Of a stretch of 64,000 bases of DNA, positions 1 to 23,817 are shown piece after piece. A program made the position numbers and the translations under genes. The DNA lies in NCBI GenBank assembly GCA_033442325.1, contig JAWQFM010000007.1, positions 1,471,790 through 1,535,789 on the forward strand. The letters run 5' to 3'. How positions within the stretch are numbered: the stretch's first letter is position 1; each line of letters opens with the position of its first letter. The notes below the pieces were generated by a model, which saw only the letters and a program-made list of their open reading frames with translations, did not search any database and was not told the DNA's origin. The stretch comes from Salpingoeca rosetta (taxonomy: Eukaryota; Protista; Choanoflagellata).

Positions 1-201
1 GCTATATCGGGAGTAGTCAGAAGAGTGATACCCCGACCCTTTACGAACCATGAGGGCCTACAGGCAGTCTGAGGGCGGGAGGGTAACCCAGGCAAGAGCC
101 CACAGTCCCTCACTTCTATCCCTGCAACGGGAGTAATCCAAGAGCTTCAGGCTCTACTCACTATTAAGCCGCATTCGTGGCATCGGCTGTTTGTTCTTTC
201 A
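1..201. mobile_element. Possible terminal part of an LTR or other inserted element, ending ...GTTCTTTCA at a (CA)n microsatellite inside an intron
   Basis: Microsatellite-free sequence unlike the surrounding introns. It has an internal imperfect direct repeat (CGGGAGTAGTCAGAAGAG at 8-25, CGGGAGTAATCCAAGAG at 128-144) and TATTAA at about 162. It ends in CA (TGAAAGAAC on the minus strand) at the (CA)n tract. The other end lies outside the window. Confidence 0.3.
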
Positions 202-310
202 CACACACACGGCGTTGTGAGCGAGTTGCGGTCTTGCCACCATCATGACGCCTGTTCTTCGCTTCCTCTTCTGCCCACCAGCAGCGTGAGCGTGACCTCT
301 CTCATCTCAC

Positions 311-431
311 CTGCGTAGGTGATGATGGTCTCTGCCGCTGTCTGGAACGCTGCATGCGTGTGCGCTTTCAGCAGCTTGGTCACCGCCAGCGCAGCGCTTG
401 GCCTTGCCGGTGATGTGTTTGTTGACGACAT
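311..431 (-). CDS. First exon of a PUB-domain protein (peptide:N-glycanase/NGLY1-like N-terminus); gene continues left of the window
   Basis: MSSTNTSPARPSAALAVTKLLKAHTHAAFQTAAETIITYA followed by a strong donor, CAG|GTGAGA. It resembles the start of the NGLY1 PUB domain as recalled ([24 protein letters not shown]). Confidence 0.55.
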
Positions 432-720
432 GGTTGGCGGTGTCGTTGTTGTTGTGGTTGGTGCTGTTGTTGAATGCTGGGTTCTTGTTGTGTCTGTGTG
501 TTTATTGGGGAAAACTCGCTGAAATCTTACACTGCTCCCAGCGCTCAAAGATGGGGAAGGCAATTGCGGCAAAACGTTCTTGTTTGTTTCTTCCTCTCTT
601 CCTCCTCTCTCTTCTTCGTCTTCTTATTGCTTGCTTGTTGTTAGCCTGCTCTACTTTTGTTGAATGACACAGAACGTCCATACACACACGCACACGCGTA
701 TGCACACGCAGCCACAATAG

Positions 721-1452
721 CTATGCACACATGCCAGAGTCTGCAATGATGACTGCTGCCGTTGGGGCGGCGTCTTGGCCGTCCTGCGGCGCCGTCGCCT
801 CAATCTTGTCCAGAACATCCATGCCCTCCACCACCTGGCCAAACGCAACATGCTTGCCGTCAAGGGCAGGGGCCGGTGCAAACGTCAGGAAGAACTGGGA
901 CGTGTTTGTGTTCTTGCCGCTGTTGGCCATGCTGACAATGCCGCGCTTGTCGTGCTTGAGCTTCAGGCCGGGCTTCTCGTCGTTGAACTTGCCGTTGTAG
1001 ATGGAGTCGCCGCCGCTGCCGTCCCCGCGCACAATGTCGCCGCCCTGCACCATAAAGCCTTTCTTGATGCGGTGAAATCGGCTGCCCTTGAAGTGCAGTG
1101 GCTTCTTGCTTGCCTTGCCAGCACCCTTCTCCCCCGTGCACAGGCAGCGGAAGTTCTCTGCCGTCTTGGGCACCTTGCTCTTCCACAGCTCAATCACCAG
1201 GCGGCCCGCGCGAACATCTGGCGGTGTATCGAACCGCGCTGCCCCCTTTGCAGACCACTCCGCGTCTGCAGCGTAGATCTCCGCCAGCATCTCCTTGCCG
1301 TCTGCGTCCAGGTCCTCAATCGCTGCGCCGGTGCCATACATTGCGCCTTTTGCCCTGACAAACTCGCGCGCCCGCTCGTATGCCTCCAACCATGCGTCCA
1401 CCCCATCCGGGCGGATCTCAATGTCCAGGTACACTTTTGGTGCGCTGCCCAT
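721..1452 (-). CDS. Cyclophilin-type peptidyl-prolyl cis-trans isomerase, intronless, 243 aa, with an insertion of about 64 aa
   Basis: Motifs [54 protein letters not shown] and [14 protein letters not shown] at 1452, TAG at 721-723. Confidence 0.95.
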   Translation of the reverse strand: MGSAPKVYLDIEIRPDGVDAWLEAYERAREFVRAKGAMYGTGAAIEDLDADGKEMLAEIYAADAEWSAKGAARFDTPPDVRAGRLVIELWKSKVPKTAENFRCLCTGEKGAGKASKKPLHFKGSRFHRIKKGFMVQGGDIVRGDGSGGDSIYNGKFNDEKPGLKLKHDKRGIVSMANSGKNTNTSQFFLTFAPAPALDGKHVAFGQVVEGMDVLDKIEATAPQDGQDAAPTAAVIIADSGMCA

Positions 1453-2812
1453 TGTCCCCAACACGTGCCGCTTGTGTGCGTGTGTATGTACGTGTGTGTA
1501 CGCGTGTGTACGCGTGTGTACGCGTGTGTGTACGTGTACGTGCGTGTACGTGTGTGTGTGTACGTGCGCAAGGGAAGGATGTGCAGTGGCTGACGTACAA
1601 AGAGCGACGCACAAGAGACAGCAGACAAAGCCAGCCAGCAAGCCCAAGTCGTGTGCGGTGGGAGGTGGGTTGGCGAAAATTCATTAATACCTTCAACCAA
1701 TTTTCACAACTGGCGCGCAAGCCACACCACTGATCACAGCGGGAACGTGCCCACGCCCCGCACCACACACCAAGCACTCCTCCTGTCCTATTCTTCGGCA
1801 AAGTGAGTGCAGCCACAGCAGCCACAGCCGCCTCGCAGCTTCCAATCAAACCAGAAGAAGGTGTTCGTGTCTTGTTGCCTGCTGTCCCTTGGGGGGGGGG
1901 GTCACCTTCGCTGCACACCCGGTCAATCGTTGGCCTGTGCGCGGTTATTTTTGTGGTACGTTCCCACTGCTCTTGCTTGCTGATCGTGTGGTGATTTGGT
2001 GTGATGTGCTGGGCCAACACTGCAGTCCGTGTGAGCGAGGGATGTGGTGGTTCTGTTGCCCGTTTTGGTGTTGCACACACACGTACACATACCACACACC
2101 GCACAAGTATCCGAGTAGTTGCTTGTTCTTTCTTGCTGTTCTGCATGTGCTGTGAGACAGCCACGCGTAACAATTTGAAGGAATAAGAGGGGAGGGGAGG
2201 GGGCACAGCTGCGTGCGTCATTGATCTGGTGTCCGTCTCCACTCTATTATTTACCTCATAATTCAACCCCCAAAAGAAACGAGCAACAGGGGTGCCGTGC
2301 AAATGGTGTGCATTCCTGCCGCTTGCCTTCAGGCCACCCTAGCCTGTATTCCTTCTTCTCTCCTTGCTTATCTCTTCGCCTCAAACACCACCACCACCAC
2401 CGCCACCACAACAACAACAACAACCACCACCACGAACACCACGAACACCACCGCAACTGCCAGAGAGCCTGCTCACGCCCAGTCGCCGCGTCAGCCGTTG
2501 CTTTCCTCGCCGTCTCCATCACCGCGCCTGCCACCGCCACCGCAGACTGAGCAGCCGCGCCGCCAGCCTGACCCGACACCTGACCTCGTCCGCTTGCAAT
2601 CGCCTGCCCACACATTTCCGTCCACAGTTGCGACACCAGCTGACACCAACACCACCACCAGCTGTCGTGGCAGTTTCTGGGACAGCAGCACCAGCAGCGC
2701 GTGGGACAGCACCAGCAGCAGCAACGGTTGGGACAGCAGCTGCGATAGCTCATACGACAGCCGTCACCACTACGGCAGCAGCTGCAGTAGCGCCTGCTGT
2801 GCCATCCCTGTC

Positions 2813-9704
<6,892 letters not shown>

Positions 9705-10125
9705 CACTCGAAGCACTCAGTGCGTATGTTACATCACCAGTGTTGCCTGTGCTCGTCTGCCCGACCATGGGCCACCACCGCGCCTTGCCTTTCCTGTCCA
9801 TACATCTTGCATGTTTGTTTGTTTGTTTGTTTGACGGACCACTCTTGTGTGATGGGATGGTGCGGGACATCAAGCGAGCAAGCTGTGTCACAGCTGTTTA
9901 AACACCACTTTGCTCACCAGTGTCTGCGCTCTCCCATGTGCTTGCTTCTCTGCTCGCCGTCTTGCTCTTGCTGTCCTGCCTGCTGTTTCTATGTTTCGCA
10001 CCAAATTTGTGTTACAGTGCGCAGTAAAATAGCAAAGCGAAGCTATCCACCACCGTATCCAAGCACACCAGAAGAAGCAGAGCGGATACAGCTGCCGCGT
10101 TTGAGTGAGTGAACAAACTGCGGCG

Positions 10126-10529
10126 ATGTCGTCGGTGTCATCTTCGCACCTGCGCCAGCCACCGCAGCCTCCACCCCCGTCATCATCATCGAGAGGTGCT
10201 GGCGCGTCGTACAGGCGCAGGAGAGGGAAGGTCGCTGGCAAGTCTGCCGCAAAACAGAAACAACAACAGCAACAGCAACAACAACAACAACAACAACAGC
10301 AACAACAGCAGCAGCAGCAGGAGCAGGAGCATGGCACAATCAAGTTTCCAGAGAAGTTGAAGGGGCAAGCCGGCATCAATGCGGTGCTCAACCAGCATAT
10401 GACACATCTGCACGCAGATCACGCCGTATGTCCTCTCTCAGAACGCTTCAGATCATCAAGGAAACAGCGGTGTGTATGCGTGCGCGTGTGTGTGTGAATG
10501 TGCGGGTGTGAATGTGTGAGCGTGTGCAC

Positions 10530-10560
<31 letters not shown>

Positions 10561-10912
10561 TGCTTGCGCGCTTTTGAGTGTTGTGAACCCATCGTTCCAC
10601 CCACTTGCACTCAAGCTCATTGGTGACAATGCGGCAACTCTCCCCGCCACACACGCACACACACACATATGCGCAGGGAGGTCGAGTTCTTGCAGGCGCT
10701 CAAGGCATTGCGGAGCAAAGGCCCGGGTATTGGCAGCGATCATCTCTCCCACGATGACCGACGTCACATCTTGGCAAACCGCCGTGCGCAGGAGCAGGTA
10801 CATCCTCTCTTTCATTCTGTGGGGCATACTTTGGGAGGAGGGGAATGGGATGTTTCGTTGCTGCCGTTTCCACCCACCTTACCCGCCACGACTGAGCATC
10901 AACAGTACGACA

Positions 10913-10960
<48 letters not shown>

Positions 10961-11199
10961 ACTCTCTCTCTCCTGCACACAACGTGCCGCTGTCTCTCAA
11001 CACATGTACCTTATCTCCTGTCCTTGCCCTTTATTCTGTCTGCACACAGGAGTACCAGACGCTATTGGAGACGAGCGAGGCTGCCGTGCAAGAAGCCATG
11101 CAACGCTCCACGACACAGCTTGATGCTCGGCCCGTTCGAGTCGTCCGCTTCCTCAACGAAGACGGTGTGTTCTTGCTACTCGTGTCAGCACACCTTACT

Positions 11200-11234
<35 letters not shown>

Positions 11235-13143
11235 ACACACACACCGCGCGCGTTGGCTTGCCCTCATACGCACATTTGCGCACACACCATCTGCAGTTCA
11301 CGAAGGGCTGCTTGACAAGCTGACGTTCATACAAAAGCCGGCCGAGGATCTGCTGCGGCGACTGCAGGCGCACGCGCGCTTTCAGCAGGCAGCACGACAG
11401 GTTGTTGTCCGCATTCGCGCGGGAAAACGGCTCGCTCACTTCCAGCAATATGGCCGGCAGGAGGCGCAGCGCACGCTGGAGCGGCAGCGGCGCATGCAGC
11501 GGCACAGGGCCCGCGCGCTGGCTGAAGCATTTGTTGATCCGCAAACGCTGGACGCTGATGAACTGGGCCGTGACGATGCGCTCGCACTCGATGATGACGA
11601 CAGCGAGGATGACGATGACGACGGTACCGGCGATAATGACAGCCGTGCGCGTGCGCGTGGAGATGAGGCCGACCAGTATGCTGCACCCGCTGAACACGTG
11701 GGGCCAGCCAGTGAAATGTATGGCAGTGGTGATCTGGCAGCAGGTGCCGGCCAGGGGAGGAGCCGACGCACGACAGCAGCAGCAACAGCAGCAACAGCAG
11801 CGGCGGCGGCAGCGTCACGTTCGTTAGATGGGCCTGCATCCCTCAGTGCCGGCATTGCACCCATTGTGTTTTCGACAGCGCCTGTGAGCGACTTTCCTCC
11901 GCGCAAGCGCGACTCTGCAATCACGATACACGGCCCACGCCAGCGGACAGCAGCTGGCGTTGGTGACGGCAGCGGGATGGGGGTGAGCCCCTCTACCTCC
12001 TCCACATCCACGTCATCATCAGCAACAGCAGCAACAGGGGCACCGGGAACAGCAGCAACAGCAGGCGGACCAGCATCGGCTGCAGCAACCAAACCAACAG
12101 CAGGAGCAGCAGGAACAGGTGTGGCGGGCGTGACGGGCAGCATCGCACCGGGCACAATCACTGCTGCGGAGTCGCCGGCATCGTGGTCGTCGCTTGCACT
12201 GGAGGTCCCGCTGGAGAGCGCGCGTCTTGGCTACGACGTGCATCTGCGGCATGCGCGGCTGGTGCGCGGGTGCCAGCCCGTGTGGGACGAGTCTGACGTG
12301 CAGCTGCACATGCTGCTGCTCTCCGACAGCGACGAGGAGGAGGAGGAGGAGAACGGTGCCGAGGCTGATGGCGATGGTGATGGGAATGATGATAACGAAG
12401 ATGGCACCGTGGAAGCTGTTGGCAGCACGGGTGCACGCGGCGGCGGCGGTCGGCGAGGTGCTGCCGATGATGCGAAGGCGGCCGGCAGGGGAGCGCGCAC
12501 GGGGGCGTCGGCGTCGTCGTCGTCGCCTCCGCCACTGAAGAAGAGCGCACGATCAACGCCAGCACGCAACGCCAGCAGCAGCAGCAGCAGCGGCAGCAAG
12601 AGCACCATCGGCGCCAGCAGCAGTAAAACCGAGTCTGCAGCATCTGCAGCGAATGGCCGCAAGGGCGGCGTTGGCGTTGGTGGCGTTGGTGGCGTTGGTG
12701 GCGGTGCCGTGCGCGGGAACCAGGCTGCGCCAAGCCCGCTGGCCCACGTGACTGGTGGTGACGGCGGTGGTGATGGCGGTAGCGGTGAGCGGAAGGACAG
12801 CACGGGGAGCAGCGGCTCGCGGCGGCGGCTGAGGCGCAAGGTGACGCCGATGGAAGGGCCGTCAGTGCGGTCCACACCAGTTGCGGCCGGGCGGGAGAAG
12901 GCCAGTGCACTCATGTCGTCTGCCATGCTGGAAGAGGATGAAGAAGAAGAAGAAGAAGAGGAAGAGGAGGAAGAGAGTGGAGCAGAAGATGTGCAGGGGA
13001 GAGGGGAGGCTGGTGCAGAAGGGAAGGGCGTGGCTGCGCAGGCGCCGGTCCCACCTCGCCCAGCGAATGTGGTGCTGGCCGTGCACGACGAGGACGAGGA
13101 CGCGGACGACGGCGACGACGCAGGCAAGGAATCCACGGCCTGA
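10126..13143 (+). CDS. Hypothetical protein: polyQ N-terminus, helical middle region, long low-complexity acidic/Gly-Ser tail
   Basis: Exons 10126-10469, 10677-10797, 11050-11164 and 11297-13143 join in phase at GT-AG sites. Coding-like composition; no family recognised. Confidence 0.7.
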
Positions 13144-13489
13144 GCTGTATGCTGTGTTGTATCGTGATGTCATCCCTGTTGTTGGGTGAGCGCGGGGTGG
13201 GGAAGGGGGTGAGGGAGGGAGCACAAGCGCAAGCAAGTAAGCGAGCGAGCGAGCGAACTAACGAGTGACATGATGTGATGTGACATGAATGAAGGAAGTG
13301 CACTCATGATGACCACGCCACACACGCGCCAATGGCATGATTTGATGAACAACAATAAACAAAGCAAAGCTCCAACACCAAAACAAGTGGAACAAGAAAG
13401 TCGCGCAAGTGCTGCAGCGCGCCAAAACCCACCACCAAAACCCACCACCAAAACCCACCACCACCAACAACACGACACGAACAACAACC

Positions 13490-15639
<2,150 letters not shown>

Positions 15640-15681
15640 CACCCACGCACGTATTCGTATGTGTTTGTATGTATGTATGTA

Positions 15682-15718
<37 letters not shown>

Positions 15719-16331
15719 TTGAGTGCGTGTGTGTGTTTGTGTGTGTGTCTTTGAGTGTGTGTGTGTCTGTCAGCATCTATTGTTACGTACATGTTTGTGC
15801 AATGTGTGTGTGCACGTTCTGTACGTTGTGCGTTTTGTATGAGCTGGCATTCTTCCAGCCCGCAGCCTTTAGCGTGTTTTCTTATGGAGTTAGGGGTCTT
15901 GTCCATAGCCGCCATAGTAGCTGGCGTCGTACATAATATGAAGGCACAACCTCAAGCGGGATGTTTGAAGAGAGAGAAGGCGCAGTCAACAAACAACGCA
16001 GGAACCCAAGGTTCCTGCAGTCGCAATCTATGTTTCGCACGGGAACCACTCGTGTTTGGTGCGCATTAGACACCCGGTGGATACACGCAATACAACAGCA
16101 AGAGGAGAGGTTTGTTTGTGTTTGGCAGTGGTGTTGTGTGAGTGGGAGTGTTGCGGGATGGGTGAAGCCGGTGTTAGGCTGTGGCCGGCATGACTACTGC
16201 TGGTGTGTGTTGTGCCCCTGCGCCAACGCTGCGCACGCCCACACACTTTGGACATGTCATTCTATTGGTGAAGACACACACCCACACACATACACACAGA
16301 CACACAGACACATACACACACAGACACACAG

Positions 16332-16393
<62 letters not shown>

Positions 16394-16421
16394 ACAGCCG
16401 CTGAATCTCAAACAGGAAAGA

Positions 16422-16643
16422 ATGCCGCCCAAGAGGGATTTGACTGCCGCACGCCTGCGCCGCATGGGTGCAGACGCTGCCAACATTGACACACTCAAGG
16501 CCGACAAGGCGCATGCAGAGCGGCTGGCTTCGCTTGCAGCCTCTGCGAGCTCACGCAGTGCCGCCCCTCTCCCACCAGGCAAGGGCGGTGAGGCGCCCAA
16601 GCCCGCCGCACCTGCTGCAGGTAATTCGTGTGTGTGTGTGTGT

Positions 16644-16726
<83 letters not shown>

Positions 16727-18244
16727 CGTGCGTGTTTGTTGCGGTTGCATGCTTGCTCACCAATCGCTCAGATAGTCACTTCTGCTGTCGTTGCTGCGTG
16801 CTGTATCGATGGTTGCTGTTTGTGCAGCGCCAGCCAAGGTTGAGAAGTTCCGTGCCATGGATGACTTCAAGAGTGACGAGATTGACATGCAGAAGGGCGC
16901 CACAGTCTTTGTTGTCGGTAGCCCCGACGCAAACAACCAAGTCCAGGTGTGTGTGTGTATGAGTGTGTGTGTGTGTGTGCGTATCCGTGTGCGTATCCGT
17001 GTGCGTATGTGTGTGTGTATGCGTGTGCGTGTACATGGGTGAGGTGTGTGTCTATGCGTGCGTACGATTAATGGGGGTCGAATGCCAGTAATGCCAGGCT
17101 TTGTCGCTTTACTCTCATTCTTTTGAGCGTTGCATTGGATAGGCGGTCGTTGGCGGCAAGGCCGGCAAGGTTCCCTTTGACAAGCTGCGCAAGATTACAC
17201 CCGAACTGCTCGAAGGTGCGCCTTGTGTATGCACATGCACATGCACATGTGTGAGTGCATTTGTGTCCTCGCGTGTGTCTGTGTGTGCATATGTGCGTAT
17301 GTGTGTGTGTGCATATGTGCGTATGTGCGCGAGTGCTGCACTTTTGTATGCGCGCCTGCTGCTGCGTTGCATACATGCATGCACACATGTGCACTGTGAG
17401 CTGTCGCAGCACGTTTTTGCCTTCCCTTTGGCTTGGCTGACATGCGTGCGCGTGGCGCGTGGCGTGTGGGTGTCGTTCTATTCAGAGGAACGCAAGCAGC
17501 GGGAGAAGGAGATTGAAGAGGCGTACCGCCAAGAAGAGGAGCAGCTCAAGCAAGAGATGGAGCGCATGAAACTCGAGAACCAGGCCAAGTCCAGCCAAGG
17601 CGTACGTGCTTGTACTGGTTTTGCATGTCTTATGCAGCATTGCGCGTGGCGTGTGTTGCGTGCGTGCGTGTGTGTGTTTGTTGTGTGTTGTGTGTGTGTT
17701 GTGTGGTGTGGTGTGTGTGTGTATGATGCCCTTGTCAACCCGCACCCTGCCTACCACCCCCCCTCTCCCCATCTCCTCTTCTCCGCACTCACCCCTCACC
17801 CCCACCGCCACTGTGCAGACGTCTGAGGCAACTGGCGGGGCCACGTCTGAGGAAGTGACGAAATACGAGAAGGAGATTGATGAGAAGTTCGAGAGCGAGG
17901 TGCGATTCACCGCGTGGCATGGCGTGACACGCGCTGCTGCCGTTTGCTGTGGGTACTTTTGGCTGGTGGTGCTGTTGTCTGGTGGTGTTGGTGGCGCTGG
18001 TGGTACCCCTTGTTGTGGCCTCCGCCGCAATGTTTGCTTGCTTGCTTGCTCGTTGTAGCTGTTCCGTGTAGTGCGACACGCTCATCTGAACCACCACCAC
18101 CCCAACGGCCTGCTGTTTCGTCCTCGAAACCCTTGCCTGCTACCCACGCACCAGCGGCAAGCGCTGCTGGAGGAGGAGAAGCGGCTGAAGGAGGAGGCGG
18201 CCCGCCTCGAGGAGATGATGCGCGCACTCGACGAGGACGACTAG
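16422..18244 (+). CDS. Protein with a degenerate SH3 domain and a C-terminal coiled coil
   Basis: Six exons giving KFRAMDDFKSDEIDMQKGATVFVVGSPDANNQVQ|AVVGGKAGKVPFDKLRKI (SH3 pattern), then E/K/R-rich helices, ending ...MMRALDEDD*. Confidence 0.75.
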
Positions 18245-18341
18245 ACGCCGCAACCACACCACACACACACACACACACACACACACCCACACACACACCC
18301 ACACACACACACCCACACACACCCACACACACCCACACACA

Positions 18342-18422
<81 letters not shown>

Positions 18423-18581
18423 TCAAGCAGCAGCAGAGAAACGTCGGCTAGAGCGAGCCTGAGAAGCAAACTGCACACGCCAACGGTGGTGCACGCACAA
18501 TCCTGACACATCACCCACACACCCACACACCAACACAGCAGCGTGCGACAAGAGCAGCTGCCTCCGCTGTCGCTGCTCGTG

Positions 18582-18764
18582 TCAGGGCTGGTGATGCAGG
18601 GCCTTGTTGAACTCTTCAACGAGGTGCTGTGTCAGGGCGGCAATCTGCTCGTCGGTCAGGTGGTGCTGCAGCCCAAAGTCCTGCACAACCGTCTCCAGCT
18701 CATCCCCTTCACGCACCACAAGCACCTCCTGCATATGGTGTGTGTGTGTGCATGTGTTTGTGTG

Positions 18765-18822
<58 letters not shown>

Positions 18823-20385
18823 AATGTGCGTGCGTGCGTGAATGTGTTCATCTTTCTGTCCAAAGCGTCATCATCAGAGCGAGGCCATCAATTAACAACA
18901 TCCCCACCGCCGTCATAGCGCGTGTACGATGCACAGGTGCTGCACGCCCGATGCGGCAGTAAATATCCACTCACTGTTTCGTTGTCATCAAGCTCAACCT
19001 CCAGCTTGAAGATGGGGCGTGGGCGCGATGCTACCACCAGTATCGCCGGTGCTGTCGATAGCGGCTGTGTTTCTGTTGGCATGCGAGCAGCTGGAGACAT
19101 GGCGGCGTGCTGCATGTTTGGTGACTGCCCAGCCTCCACTTGAACCGGTTGCTGCTGCTGCTGCTGCTGTTGCTGTTGTTGCATCCTGGCCTTCCCCGCC
19201 TCTGCTGTCTGCCGTTGTTGGGCAGTGGCTGTCGACGCTGTCGACGCTGATGAGGGTGATGATGACGATGATGCTGGTGATGGTCCCTCTGGCTTTGCCC
19301 GCTTCCTCTTTTCATCGCCTCCAAGCAGCGCCCCTGCATTCATGCATCAAGCACACAGGACACGTGTAGGCCGGGATGTGAGCATGTCAGGCAAACAACC
19401 CGTAGTCTATGAAAGCGCGCGTGTGACCAACAAAAGAGGTGACAGCAAGGCGAGTCTCCTGGTGCAGTACGTGCTGTGTCGCACAGTGCACCAATACATC
19501 CATTCATATCCATTGCACCCCACCAAATGCTCTCGAAGCAAGCTTGCCGCTTGGTCCGTTCCTTGACAGCTCGCGCTGCATGTCCATGTTCGCAAGCGAA
19601 TGGGGTTCAAACGGCCATGAGCAAGCGCGAGCACACGTGCCGAGGTGAACGCCGTGAGTTGGCAAACTGTTTGGTATGAGCACAGCTCTCGCCCACCTCT
19701 ACCTCTTCTTCACCTGTCTGTGTCGTCTCAAGTCCTGGCTCGTGGGCATGTTGGCCTTGACACGTTGGGCAACCTGATGTGGAACGAAAACAAACAACAA
19801 GGAGTCGAAGCAAAGGAGAGCAATTAATCCCATACAGCAACAAGCCACATCTCGCGCGGACCCACGCAGAAGCAAGACAGGCAGATAAGCAGACAAGACG
19901 GGCAAACAGACCCGACGCGTGGGTTTGCGTGGGTGGCCTATCTGCTGCTGTCTTGCTGCTTTGCTCACCCGCTCTGGTTGTTGTTCACGTTGCCATTCTT
20001 CTTCCACTCTGTTCCGGACTCGCTGCATGTATTGGATGTGTCGAATGAAGCCGCTGCTCAAACTACACCACAGTTCAAAAGTTGTGCGGTGTGTGGATGT
20101 ATGTGTGGATGTGTGTGTGGATGTGTGTGGATGTGTGCGTGGATGTGTGTGTGGATGTGTGCGTGGATGTGAGCGAGTCAAGGTGAAGAAGAGCGCTGCC
20201 ACTGTGGTGTTGGTTCGTTACAAAACCCGCAAGCAAACAAGAAGGCGAACACATGTGGCGCATCCCCAACCAACGAGCAAAGTAAAAGCAACCATGCATG
20301 CAAGAGCACACACGCACGCCAACGAAGCCTTACTCGAGCTTCTGCTTCCTGGACGCCTTGGCGGCGGCGGTGGCGGTGGCCTCAT
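18582..20385 (-). CDS. UPF0561 / C2orf68-like protein
   Basis: N-terminal [23 protein letters not shown] and C-terminal [14 protein letters not shown]|[24 protein letters not shown]...[10 protein letters not shown] match the two recalled conserved blocks of C2orf68. Middle exon boundaries (19350-19700) are uncertain. Confidence 0.65.
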
Positions 20386-20618
20386 CCAACCCTCCCCCTC
20401 CACCGTTCATCTCTGTCTCCTTTGTCGCTTCCATCATCACAACAACAACGGCATCAACAACGACGGCAGCAGCAGGCAGCAGCAGTGTCAGTTCGTCGCC
20501 TGTTGGTCGGTGTTGCCGTTGTTGCCACTACACATTATGGTGCTTCTGGCAGTTTCACCTGTCCGCTGCTCGATGTGAGCGACACAGCACCACAACCACA
20601 CAGACAACATCCACAGCC
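20386..20618. promoter_or_regulatory. Putative bidirectional promoter (UPF0561-like / RPAP2)
   Basis: Head-to-head start codons separated by 233 bp. Confidence 0.5.

Positions 20619-23817
<3,199 letters not shown>

Noticed and set aside
225-245. TGGTGGCAAGACC on the minus strand as a retrotransposon primer-binding site
   Set aside because: The sequence upstream of it is host exon and intron rather than an LTR, and a tRNA match cannot be shown.
243-572. 109-aa minus-strand ORF as a complete gene
   Set aside because: Only 311-431 looks coding; a strong donor at 310 shows the remainder is intron read-through.
11185-13136. Long antisense ORFs opposite GC-rich exons (also at 21525-22523 and 46578-50979)
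   Set aside because: These are shadow ORFs caused by GC-rich codon usage and low complexity.
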